Below, one piece after another: positions 14,237 through 25,215 of a stretch of DNA of 64,000 bases; within the stretch, counting starts at the first letter, position 1, and each line of letters opens with the position of its first letter. The translations under genes and the position numbers were made by a program. The notes under the pieces are model-generated. The model was not told where the DNA came from and did not search any database. It worked only from the letters and a program-made list of their open reading frames with translations. This stretch comes from Eledone cirrhosa (Eukaryota). The stretch lies in NCBI GenBank assembly GCA_964016885.1, contig OZ024742.1:9362001-9426000 (forward strand), in the 5' to 3' direction.

Positions 14237-15288
14237 ATCAAAAGATGATTAAAAGAGTTCCATGTATTTTATTATACGCATTTCAAAAACAAATATCATT
14301 ATGTAATGACATTTGCGTTTTCGTCAGATAAAATAGGGAGACATGATATGAAGGTTAAAAAACACTTGTGAATAGTGCAGTTTTAAATCAACATTTGAAA
14401 AGTAGTTTTAGATTGATGTGTGATATTTGGAAAAAAATTGAGGAGGGGGGGGTGGAAAGGATGAAAAAGAGGAGGAGATGAGAGTAAAAGTGGAGGGGGA
14501 GGAGTATAATAAGGAAGGATCAGATAGGAGGAGAGATGGGTGATAGAGAGAGAGAGATAGCTTTTATAACTGAGAAAATAATATATTGTTTTACATAGAG
14601 AGGTTAAAAAACCGTTGGAAGATAATATATAAATTAAAAGAATTTGAATATTAACGAAGAGAAAAATTTTAGAATAATGTTAAATTAAGGTTTGTATATT
14701 GAAGGGTTTAATAATATGTGCGATGAAAAGAAATGATTAAATGTATTGAGAATAGTATTTAAGGGTTTAATAATATGTGCGATGGAAACAAATTGTTGAT
14801 ATGTATTATTAAAAAATATAAAACATATAACAATAGTAATGTAATTAAGGATATATTGTGAAAAAAAGTAGAAGAGTGGATGAATAAGTGTAATATATAT
14901 AACTTAGATGAGCATGAAATGGAGAAAAAAGTAATGAATTGAGGATGAATAATCTAACGTCAAAAAATGTTTATGTTTACGAAGGATTTTTCAAGGTGAT
15001 ATAAAGTATTTAAAAGGGTAAGGATATATTGTGGTGAGTAATAATGAGAATTGAGAAGTATCTAGGAAGAAAAGGTACAGATTAGAGGTTAGAAATTAAA
15101 AGAAAAAGAAAAAAAGAAAAGAAAAAAGGAGAAAAGGAAAAAAAGAAAGAAAGGGAAGTGATAATAGGAGTGATATAGAATGAGTAACTGGTATTATATA
15201 ATGTATAATAAATGACATTGAAATAAGGTAGAAAGATGGGTATATTTTTAAAGAAATATATATGTATATATATATGTGCCTTTGAGAA
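14235..15288 (-). repeat. 3' pLTR of the Penelope-like element
   Basis: Reverse complement of 17133-18176 over its full length (agatcaaaagatg...gtgcctttgagaa). Confidence 0.9.
14265..14335 (-). ncRNA. Hammerhead ribozyme motif in pLTR
   Basis: Minus strand: tattttat-CTGACGA-aaacgcaaatgtcatt(acat)aatgatatttgttttt-GAAA-tgcgta-TA^-ataaaata. Confidence 0.8.
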
Positions 15289-15318
15289 AAGGATTTTAAA
15301 TTGGTAATGTATTAGATA

Positions 15319-17130
15319 TTAGCTGTATACTTTATGGAATGTTCTGTGGAATGTATACAAGCAGAGAGAAAACAAGTCAGTGCGTCTATTTATTATAGGA
15401 TCTAAATTAGATATAATGGTAAATTTCTCACATAAACATAGATTACATGTCTTGGATAGAGAACCATTCAAGTATGGAGAAGCAGAACAAACCTTCTTCC
15501 AAGAGATGTTATAGTTAATATTTTTCTCTTTAAAGGACCATATGAATTCTGAGAGTGCCGTGTTGGTTCTTTTAAGTTGCTATTTAAAAGACGAATGATG
15601 ATTATTAAGACGAGCTTTAAAGAAGGTGGAAGTGGAGCCAAAATAGGCAAAGGAATTGGTGTCAGTTATAACTTTACATTCGTAGATTAAGTTTTTTTCA
15701 AGACAATGGTTGTTGAGAGGGCATTTATTTTTAACAGGGCAATTACAATTGCGATTAGAGAAATTAACAGAGTTATTTACAAGTGATCTAGTGTTATCTA
15801 TAGAAGGAATTGGATTGGAGAAGTTATTTACGATAGGAATAATAGTTTCTTGATTTAGAATGGGATTAAGAACATTTATCGAAGTTGCGTTTGACGTCGT
15901 ATTTGAGTTTTCAGAATCTAGCCTAGAGTTAACAATGGCGTCGGGAGTACTATTACTATTATTATGATATTCAGTGTTGGAAGGAAGAGATTTAGTATTT
16001 AGTATTTTATTGTTGTGTTTATAGATAATGTTGGACATGTTGGAGGAGGTCGAATAGGAAAATTTTATAGTGTGTTTGTTAAATATTTTTCTATAGATAT
16101 GTGAGGGAGGGAAGCATTTATTTAAGGCACTAAAGAATAATTTAGGAATATTATTATTAATAGAGATGGAGAAAGGAGCATTATACCAGATTATGTTTTT
16201 GTATCTAGGTCTTTTATTAAAGTTATTGGAATGATCATGATTAATTATTCTACTGTAAGATCTTCTAGATTTTGTTTCTTTTCTATATTTGATTTCATCA
16301 GGACAACCGGCTTTAGAAAGCGCGTTATTACAGTAATTGGCGTTAGCATCAAATATGTTTTTATTAGATGATAGGTTGGATATTCTTTTTCCAACATTAC
16401 TAACTATAGCATTCTTAATATTAGTGGGGTGGTTAGATTTAAAATTAACATAATTTAGGTTCTCATTGTTTTTATGGTAAGGGCAATATAGGCCAGTGTC
16501 AAGATTAAGAGATACATCCAAGAAATTATCTAGTTTGATGCTGTTATCAAATTCAATGTTTAAGTTATGATGGTTAAAAAGATTACGTATATTGTTCTTA
16601 ATAATATTAAGGTTAACTTTGTTGCAATTTAAGATAGTAAAGAGTCCATCGTCACGATAAATTCCACCGCGAAGTTGAGGAATTTTCCGCTTCAAAGATT
16701 TCAAAATAAAGATACCAATTAAATCTGTCAATTGGGATGAATCGGATGCTCCCATTAAGATGTCAAAGTTGTTAGAGGTATCGGTTCTGGTCCAATATTC
16801 ATTGTTGAACTCTAGGATGGTTTTACGTGCGGTGAAAATGATGTGAAGTTCATCTGTGGTGATGTCTGAATATTTGTAAGCGAAAGATAGAGCATTGTTG
16901 AGAAGTGATGGCGAAATAGAAGAATAGTAGCTGGCAATATCAAATTGAATACAATTTTGTTTGTTTTTCTTATTCAATTTGTTGAACCAGCCAATCACTT
17001 CAGAAGTACCAAACCATACATTTAAGTTCAAAGAAGAGCAATTAGAACGAACCTGTGGGATAATTCTATCCAAGATGGCTTTGCTAACAACCCGCAGATC
17101 TGATTTAGAGGGGCGATTAGTCTAACAGGT
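15319..17130 (-). pseudogene. Penelope-like reverse transcriptase + GIY-YIG endonuclease, 5'-truncated, with an internal stop at 15580
   Basis: QFDIASYYSSI, MGASDSSQLTDLIG, YRDD, FLDVSLNL, SNHP, CNCPVKNKCPL (CxCx5C linker), LIYEC...YFGST...FKARLNNH. Reading continues past the TAG as TALSEFIW...CNLCLCEK...INRRTDLFSLC. Confidence 0.9.
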
Positions 17131-17132
17131 AG

Positions 17133-18176
17133 TTCTCAAAGGCACATATATATTTCTTTAAAAATATACCCATCTTTCTACCTTATTTCAATGTTATTTA
17201 TTATACATTATATAATACTAGTTACTCATTCTATATCACTCCTATTTATCACTTCCCTTTCTTTCTTTTTTTCCTTTTCTCCTTTTTTCTTTTCTTTTTT
17301 TTCTTTTTCTTTTAATTTCTAACCTCTAATCTGTACCTTTTCTTCCTAGATACTTCTCAATTCTCATTATTACTCACCACAATATATCCTTACCCTTTTA
17401 AATACTTTATATCACCTTAAAAAATCCTTCGTAAACATAAACATTTTTTGACGTTAGATTATTCATCCTCAATTCATTACTTTTTTCTCCCTTTCATGCT
17501 CATCTAACTTATACATATTAGACGTATTCATCCACTCTTCTACTTCTTTTCACAATATATCCTTAATTACATTACTATTGTTATATTTTTATATTTTTTA
17601 ATAATACATATCAACAATTTCTTTCCATCGCACATATTATTAAACCCTTAAATACTATTCTTAATACATATTAACAATTTCTTTTCATCGCACATATTAT
17701 TAAACCCTTCAATATACAAACCTTAATTTAACATTATTCTAAAATTTTTCTCTTCGTTAATATTCAAATTCTTTTAATTTATATATTATCTTCCAACGGT
17801 TTTTTAACCTCTCTATGTAAAACAATATATTATTTTCTCAGTTATAAAAGCTATCTCTCTCTCTCTATCACCCATCTCTCCTCCTATATCATCCTTCCTT
17901 ATTATACTCCTCCCCCTCCACTTTTTACTCTCATCTCCTCCTCTTTTTCATCCTTTCCACCCACCGCCTCAATTTTTTTTCCAATATCACACATTAATCT
18001 AAAACTACTTTTCATATTTTGATTTAAAACTGCACTATTCACAAGTGTTTTTTAACCTTCATATCATGTCTCCCTATTTTAACTGACGAAAACGCAAATG
18101 TCATCGCATGATGATATTTGTTTTTGAAATGCGCATAATATAATACATGGAACTCTTTTAACCATCTTTTGATCTT
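17133..18176 (+). repeat. Inverted pLTR copy at the truncated 5' end
   Basis: Reverse complement of 14235-15288. Confidence 0.9.
18075..18145 (+). ncRNA. Hammerhead ribozyme motif in inverted pLTR
   Basis: CTGACGA-gcaaatgtcatc(gcat)gatgatatttgt-GAA-ATGCGCAT-A; stem III is a perfect palindrome and stem I is weakened. Confidence 0.7.
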
Positions 18177-18268
18177 ATATATTATTTATACTCCAGTCCT
18201 ACAAACTGTAGAGTGCTACTTATCCGATATCTGCATTGCTTTATTGTACTACAATAAAACTCACCTCC

Positions 18269-18330
<62 letters not shown>

Positions 18331-18590
18331 AGTATGTATGTATGTATACGTACATACATATATGTATACAGACGTACAGTAGTATGTATATATATACATA
18401 CATGCACATATATATATATATGCACGTATCGGTTTACCGAACATTTATTATAATGCTCGGTTTTTTCGTTTGTAAACAAACAAACAGCCTGAATTACGCC
18501 GTACAGTGTTTAGGCAACCACGTCACCTTTTTGTTCAACATTTAAGTAAGTGCCGTACTAAGAGTGAGAAATGAAATGTCGTTTCATTCT

Positions 18591-18595
<5 letters not shown>

Positions 18596-18677
<82 letters not shown>

Positions 18678-18716
18678 TGTGTGTGTGAGCGTGTGTGTTT
18701 CTGTAAGGAAAGTGAG

Positions 18717-18767
<51 letters not shown>

Positions 18768-19121
18768 TTGTGAGTAACACCAAAGAAGGAAAGTGAAAGA
18801 AAAACTGTTGTTTTTTTAGTTCGTTGATAATGAATGAAATGTGAAGTCATTGAGAATGGTTTGGGTTAGAAGATAGTAAAGTGGAGAGAGGAATAACAGA
18901 GAGATGGAGAGAGAGAGGAGGGGGAGAGAAAGAGTGAGAGAGAGACAGACAGAGAGAGGATGGGCGAGAGAGAGATAGAAAGAGATGGCGAGAGAGAGGC
19001 GGGGAGGGAGAGAGAGGGAGAGGATCGAGATCTGAAGAATGAAAAGTTGAGTGAGAGAGGGAGCGAAAGACTAAATGGTTGAGAGAGAGAGTAAAACTGA
19101 GAGAGACTGAGAGACTGACAG

Positions 19122-19170
<49 letters not shown>
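18596..19170. repeat. (TA)n-(GT)n-(GA)n microsatellites and GA-rich low-complexity DNA
   Basis: Read directly from the sequence. Confidence 0.9.
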
Positions 19171-19172
<2 letters not shown>

Positions 19173-19820
19173 AATAAATAAAAAGATAGAAAAAGTGAAG
19201 TAGGAAAAAGATAAGAAGAAAGGAGAGAAAATTATGAGAGATTCTAATAATTTTGATATTCCTTTACGAAACGAATTTAATAAATCTTAAACATTAATCC
19301 ATTATAATATTGTTTTGTCTTCTGTTTTCTCTTTTTATGTTATTTTCTGAAGAAATTTCTCTAAATTTCCAGAGATAACTGCAATCAAGTTAAAATTCAA
19401 TTAAACGGCAAAGTTAAGACGAAAAACAGACGAATACGACAGGCGTCTCAATCTTGCTGCAGATTCTATAATCGATTATTGCATGTTAGAGCCAAGCCCG
19501 CAATCTATAATTTATCAATCACTCTTCATTACTGTTCTCTAACGCAATACAATTGGAGAAAGTTTCACTTTCGTAATGTTGCTTTCTAAATGACTATCTA
19601 CAATCATTTGTTTCATGGTTGGGTGTGGTGGGAATAATTCATTTAAATACCTGTTCCTTATGATATGCTTTCTAAAAGCGTCAGTTATATTTCCTAACTG
19701 TAAGTCATAACGGTACATAAGTTATTTATATCCCCCCCCCCCTCTCATCTAATTATAAGCTTTATTTTCTTTATTTGCATATTACACGTTCTCTTCTGTC
19801 TTATTTCTATCATACTTTAC

Positions 19821-19858
<38 letters not shown>

Positions 19859-19859
19859 C

Positions 19860-20355
19860 ATTGTGAAGGTGTTGAACTGGCAGAGTTGTTAGAACCTTAG
19901 ATAGAATACTTTGTGACATTCATTTCAGCTCTCTACTATCTGAGTTCAAATCCCGCTGAGATCAACTTTGCATTTCCTCCATTAGAAGTCAATAAAAATA
20001 GTATCAGCCTAGTACTTAGATCGATTGTTTCTCTATGTCTCTTTCAGACTTCCGTTCCCTCATTCTTTATCCTCTTTCAGGGAAGGATAAAGAGTGACAG
20101 GATAGAGGTGGGAAAGAGATATAGAGGAAGAATAAAACCAAATCCTAGACTGGTATTTTTTTTATTGGCCTCGAATGAATGAAAGACAACGTTGACCATG
20201 GCGGAATTTTAACTCTGAGATCAGAAAGCCAGAATAAATACCAGAAAACATTGAGGTTCACTTTGCCTTTCATCCTTACGGGGTGGATAAAATAAAGTAC
20301 CAGTAATGTACTGGACTAATTGCTGGCCTTGTGCCAAAAGTAGAAACAATTATAT
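19860..20355. mobile_element. Cluster of diverged or fragmentary copies of the common SINE, both orientations
   Basis: ctgagttcaaatcccgc...aactttgcatttc at ~19940; reverse fragment ~20145-20225; ctttgcctttcatccttacggggtggataaaataaagtacc...ggccttgtgccaaaagtagaaacaatt at ~20260-20352. Confidence 0.7.
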
Positions 20356-20641
20356 CTAAAGTTCTAACGACTCTACTAATTCACAGCCTTCACTGTCCAA
20401 ATAACTGCTGCAATTTAAACTAAATAACAATTAGTTTTTAATAGGAACAGTAACATACTTAAGTTCTATTAAGCAGAAATTGACTCCTTCCAAAGCTACT
20501 GCTTTGAATCATAATACATATTCTAATTCTATATATTATCGTGTGTTATATATTAGGGACCGTATGTCAGAAGGAATCATGCGGTGAGTGTAACTGATTT
20601 TTAGTAACAAGAAATAGAAACTTGTGTTTTTTTAAGTACTG

Positions 20642-21050
20642 CTATATGTAACCATGCGTTAAACTACAAATATCAAATATTATGGTACCGGAGAGAACCC
20701 CAGGAGATACGTTATGGTGGATATTAGATTGGCTTAGACGGAAGCCAATAAATGACAAATATATATAGGATTGTACATGTATATATGTTAAATTAAACGT
20801 TAAAGTGTTTATCAAACACGGGGATACAGCATCAGGGATATTATCTTTTTGAAACATGTCTCACCTTTTCAATTATATCGTCTTTTTCAATAGTCGGAGA
20901 GATTCGTCTATTGCCAGCATAATTTGAAATACATGCTTGATATGGATGTTTGCCATAGCTAGATGTTCTATGACAGTTTCAAATTAATAGAAAACCTATG
21001 GAACCATAAGACTGATATTCCGTCAATCGCGACGATTAATATTCAGTTGT
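20642..21050 (-). pseudogene. Possible highly decayed LINE reverse transcriptase fragment
   Basis: NVSPGVLSGTIIFDI resembles the RT GVPQGSVLGPxLF motif, preceded by IPDAVS..LINTL (AFDxV-like). The match is weak. Confidence 0.3.
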
Positions 21051-21240
21051 TCACTCAATTGAATTCTTGTTCGTGAATCTCAGATGGAAGTAGTTGATTA
21101 TTCTACAATCAGGTGTACATTTAGCCCACGTAGTAGGTCAATTAAGGGTGAAAGAATATATGACATACATGGATGTTTGAATGAGAGGTACTGAATGTGG
21201 ATAAGTGAAGATTAGAGAAAGAAAGAAAGAAAGAAAGAGA

Positions 21241-21306
<66 letters not shown>

Positions 21307-22346
21307 TGGGAGAAAGAGAGAAATATCGACCTCAATTCTGGAATGATATATTATTGTCCTTCAAATTTGGCCCTGGATTTGTTTGAATTCAGATAGCACA
21401 TTCGATTACACTAAGGTATTCTGCCCGGTGCTCAACTGGTTATTCAAATTCGTTGCTGTGGCACGTTTGATAAAATCTTATCCATTTAAAAAAATCTTAT
21501 TGATCATTTTGTCTTAAATTATACACGAGGTTTAAATGAAATTTTAGATTCAAGATTTGCTGTTATAAAATATTTTCATCATGAAGTTACCCCCCCCCCC
21601 CCCCTCCCCCGCCCAGTCAGAATGTTCGCTCAACGTTAAAGAATTCATAGCAACAGTTACCACCCTGTGATTTAAATCCCCTTCCATTGGATATCTTCAG
21701 GAGTAGAGAGCAATATGATATCTTTATTTGCGTGTAATAAAACTGTAAAATACTAAAAGTTAGGTTTAGTAATATTTCTATTCTTAGAATAATTCTCAAA
21801 CATTTATACAAATTTATTACTAACTCCTACAGAGATCCAATCAAGTATCTGTGGGTAATTAATTAAAATGAAACGTGCATCAATCCGGAAAATTAAAGTA
21901 TTAACTATAGATATTTCATGGCCTGGAAGATAGGTCCTATATTCCATAGAAGACGGAAATATGGTGTCAAGTTTATGTCTCTGCCTTGAAAGTGGATTCA
22001 AATAAAAATTGAAAATTTACTGTCATCTTATAACTTGCTTTACGGCTCTAAACGAAATAAATTGTGACATTACACATTACCACCATAAGAGCATATATGT
22101 TCTCACGAAATGTGCTAAAAAGAGCAGCCAAATCTCTCTCTCCCAAATCTCATACTTAAAATTATTTTTCATTTATTTAAATGACTTTCATGTGTGTTGC
22201 GTGAGTATGGCCTTTACATTTTTCACTGTGTGGTATGCTGAAAGGAAACTAAATATTTGGAGGGCTTAAAATCATGTTCGTGCCAACCAATTATAAGAAA
22301 AGGCTCAAGGGTAGGCAATTCTCGCACCCAAAATGCAGCCAATATG

Positions 22347-22392
<46 letters not shown>

Positions 22393-23186
22393 CGTGTGTT
22401 TGCGTATGTATGTATACATGCCTGCGTGTATATGTTCTACATGTTAAAATATAACAGGTTTTTGTTCTAATTTGAAAGCAAGATCTTATTGGTCCGTTAC
22501 ATCGATGTTTCTATGAACGGAGTCCGTTATCGTCTTCAAGTTGATAGAACCATTTAATAAATACAGCAATAATTTAACTACTTGTATTTTTCAGTAGTAT
22601 TTCTTAACTGGGTGTATATGATAGCAAACCATCTTTTTCATGCTAATAGAAATTATATCTAGCAGACAAACAGACGACAAATCCTATATCGTTCATTGCA
22701 TTCTCTTTCCATATAACAAATTCTTTGTTTTTATCGACAAAATATGCTTCCATTTTAGTAATTGTTTAAATAAAATGACTATAAGAATGAGTTCTCAATA
22801 TTAAAGTGTAAATTGATGAATATACATACGGCCCCTTCAGATATTTTGTTCTCATGGTTATTCCGAGCCTGTATTCTGCCAAATTGTATAGAATTGTAAA
22901 AGGCTGGAACAATAGAGATATGAGTCTCGCAGGTAAGGCAACAAATTAATTCGAAATTATATTAGATTAAGTGGCACGTGGCGTTTAATTAAGTAGCATG
23001 CAAGGAATGACCCCCCCCCCCCCCCTCCCTTCTCTTCAAACGTTACACCATAGAATGTTTGTGTTTGAATATTCAAATATGTTTCAGTAAACCCCACTGT
23101 TACAATATCTACCATATATTTCACTCATAATCAATATTACAATATCTGCCATATGTTTGCAAAGGACTCCAATATTTCAATATTTC

Positions 23187-23384
<198 letters not shown>

Positions 23385-23831
23385 TGAATATATCGAGTAT
23401 ATTTCACATCGGAAATTTGAAAAACATAAATATATAATTTCAAACATATTTCACATAATATCTCATCCATATATATTACTCAGGATATCTCATCCATATA
23501 TATTTCACAGGATATCTTATACACACATAACTAAATGTAAATCAATTTCTGATTTAAAATAAAGATTAAACAGAAATGTTTTTTTTCAGATTTCGAATCT
23601 CTGAAATGTGAAAAAAGAAATTGAAATGGAGATAATAAATATTAGTAAAAATAGTTAGGCTTAAAGATTTAGCTGCATATATTTACTTCACAGTGTGTAG
23701 TATATGAAGATTTGAAATATATTTAATTTACAGCTGTATTTGAATATTTCACATGTTGCTAGTCTTGTTGTTACATACGTTATATCGCACAAACTATGGT
23801 AGCATATAATACCATAAACAACGACAAAATA

Positions 23832-24018
23832 ATTAATTGTTTCTACTTTTTAGCACAAGGCCATCAATAAACCAGTGCATTACTGGTACTTTATTTTATC
23901 GACCCTCTAAGGATGAAAGGCAAAGTTAACCTCGGCGGGATTTGAACTCAGATCATAAAGGGACGTAACTCTATGCTGCAAAGCATGGTGTCCCACGCTC
24001 TACTGATACTGCCAATCC
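23832..24018 (-). mobile_element. tRNA-derived SINE, common family, reverse orientation
   Basis: Reverse complement of the 11969 and 56831 copies (ggtactttattttatcgaccc..aaggatgaaaggcaaag...gggatttgaactcag). Confidence 0.85.
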
Positions 24019-24080
24019 AAAATAATTAATGTATTTCATACATTAGCTGTTGTTGCTGTTGTTGTTGATTTTGGTGGCAG

Positions 24081-24119
<39 letters not shown>

Positions 24120-24369
24120 GGAGGAGGAGGAGGAGGAGGAGGAGGGGGGGGGGTGAAAATGATTAATGACGACGATGTTGAAGACGATAATGATCAAAAC
24201 GATGTTATTAATGATGCTGATGAGGTGACGACGATGATGATGATGATGATGAGTATGGTGGGGATGATGATGATGATGAGTATGGTGGGGATGATGATGA
24301 TGATGAGTATGGTGGGGATGATGATAGAGAAGAAGGACATATAAGGGGACAAAATGTAAACCAGAAGCC

Positions 24370-24551
24370 ATAAAGGGTTAGACGTCATGATTTGCAGCAA
24401 AGAGTTACGGCCCTTTATGGTCTGAGTTCTAATCCCATCGATTAACTTTGCCTTTCATCCTTACGGGATCTATAAGATAAAGTACCAGTAATACACTGGG
24501 ATAATTGCTGGCCTTGTGCCAAAAGTAGAAACAATTATTATTATTATTATT
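24370..24551 (+). mobile_element. tRNA-derived SINE with (ATT)n tail, forming the left boundary of the LINE block
   Basis: Same core as other copies; tail gccttgtgccaaaagtagaaaca then (att)n at 24534-24551. Confidence 0.85.
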
Positions 24552-25215
24552 CTTTGAGTCTCAGTCATTGATGTTATTTAAGTGGAAAGTTTGTTGAAAT
24601 GAATATCAAGCCGTTACCTGCAGCCTAAAATATTCAGGACGTATCGGAGGGTTCTTGCTGTTCCCAGCAAGCATGCCTTTTGAAGTGTTCCAAAAAGCGG
24701 GGCTGGATTAATTTTCTTTAATCATTCTTGGAAACTTTTTGAGATAGTACCTAGTGCGCCTATGACAATCGGGACGACTCTGACTTCATGGCTGTTCCAA
24801 ATCCTTTTAACCTCCCACTTTATGTCCTGGTATCGGTTAATTTTATCCCTCTCCTTCTCTTGCACTCTCGTGTTGAATGGGCAGGCCACATCCACAATCA
24901 GGCATGATCTTTTTTCCTTGTCCAAAACCACCAGGTCAGGTCTATTGTGTTCCAGTTTCTTGTCCGTCTGTATCCTAAAATCCCATAGCACCTTCACCTG
25001 ATCGTTTTCTATCACCGACTCATACCACTTCTCAGAGTGCGGTAAATTGTTTACTTTGCATAGGTCCCAGTGGATCACCCTGCCCATCACATCATGTCTC
25101 CAGCCTTTATAGTGAGTCTGAGTTAGGAGTTTACACTCGGATACAATGTGAGCCACAGTCTCCTCTCTCTCCACATATCCTACACAGTGGGCTAGTCTCC
25201 TCCTTGTAAATATGG
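24552..25215 (-). mobile_element. 3' fragment of an RLE-type (R4/Dong-like) non-LTR retrotransposon with (TAA)n tail
   Basis: Minus strand: SPLCRICGE/EETVAHIVSEC (CCHC, frameshifted), RHD, WDFRIQTD..NRPDLVVLD...IVDVACP...KERDK..RY (PD-(D/E)xK nuclease), PIVIGALG, LQKACLLGTARTLR, a short 3' UTR, then (TAA)n. Confidence 0.85.

Larger units (their letters stand above)
14235..18176 (-). mobile_element. 5'-truncated Penelope-like element (Hydra-clade-like) with ~1.05-kb inverted pLTRs
   Basis: RT+GIY-YIG ORF between inverted repeats 14235-15288 and 17133-18176. The left end abuts (TA)n and each repeat carries a hammerhead. Confidence 0.9.

Noticed and set aside
14235-18176. DNA transposon or Polinton suggested by the long terminal inverted repeats
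   Set aside because: The enclosed ORF is a Penelope RT/GIY-YIG and the repeats carry hammerheads, so they are inverted pLTRs.
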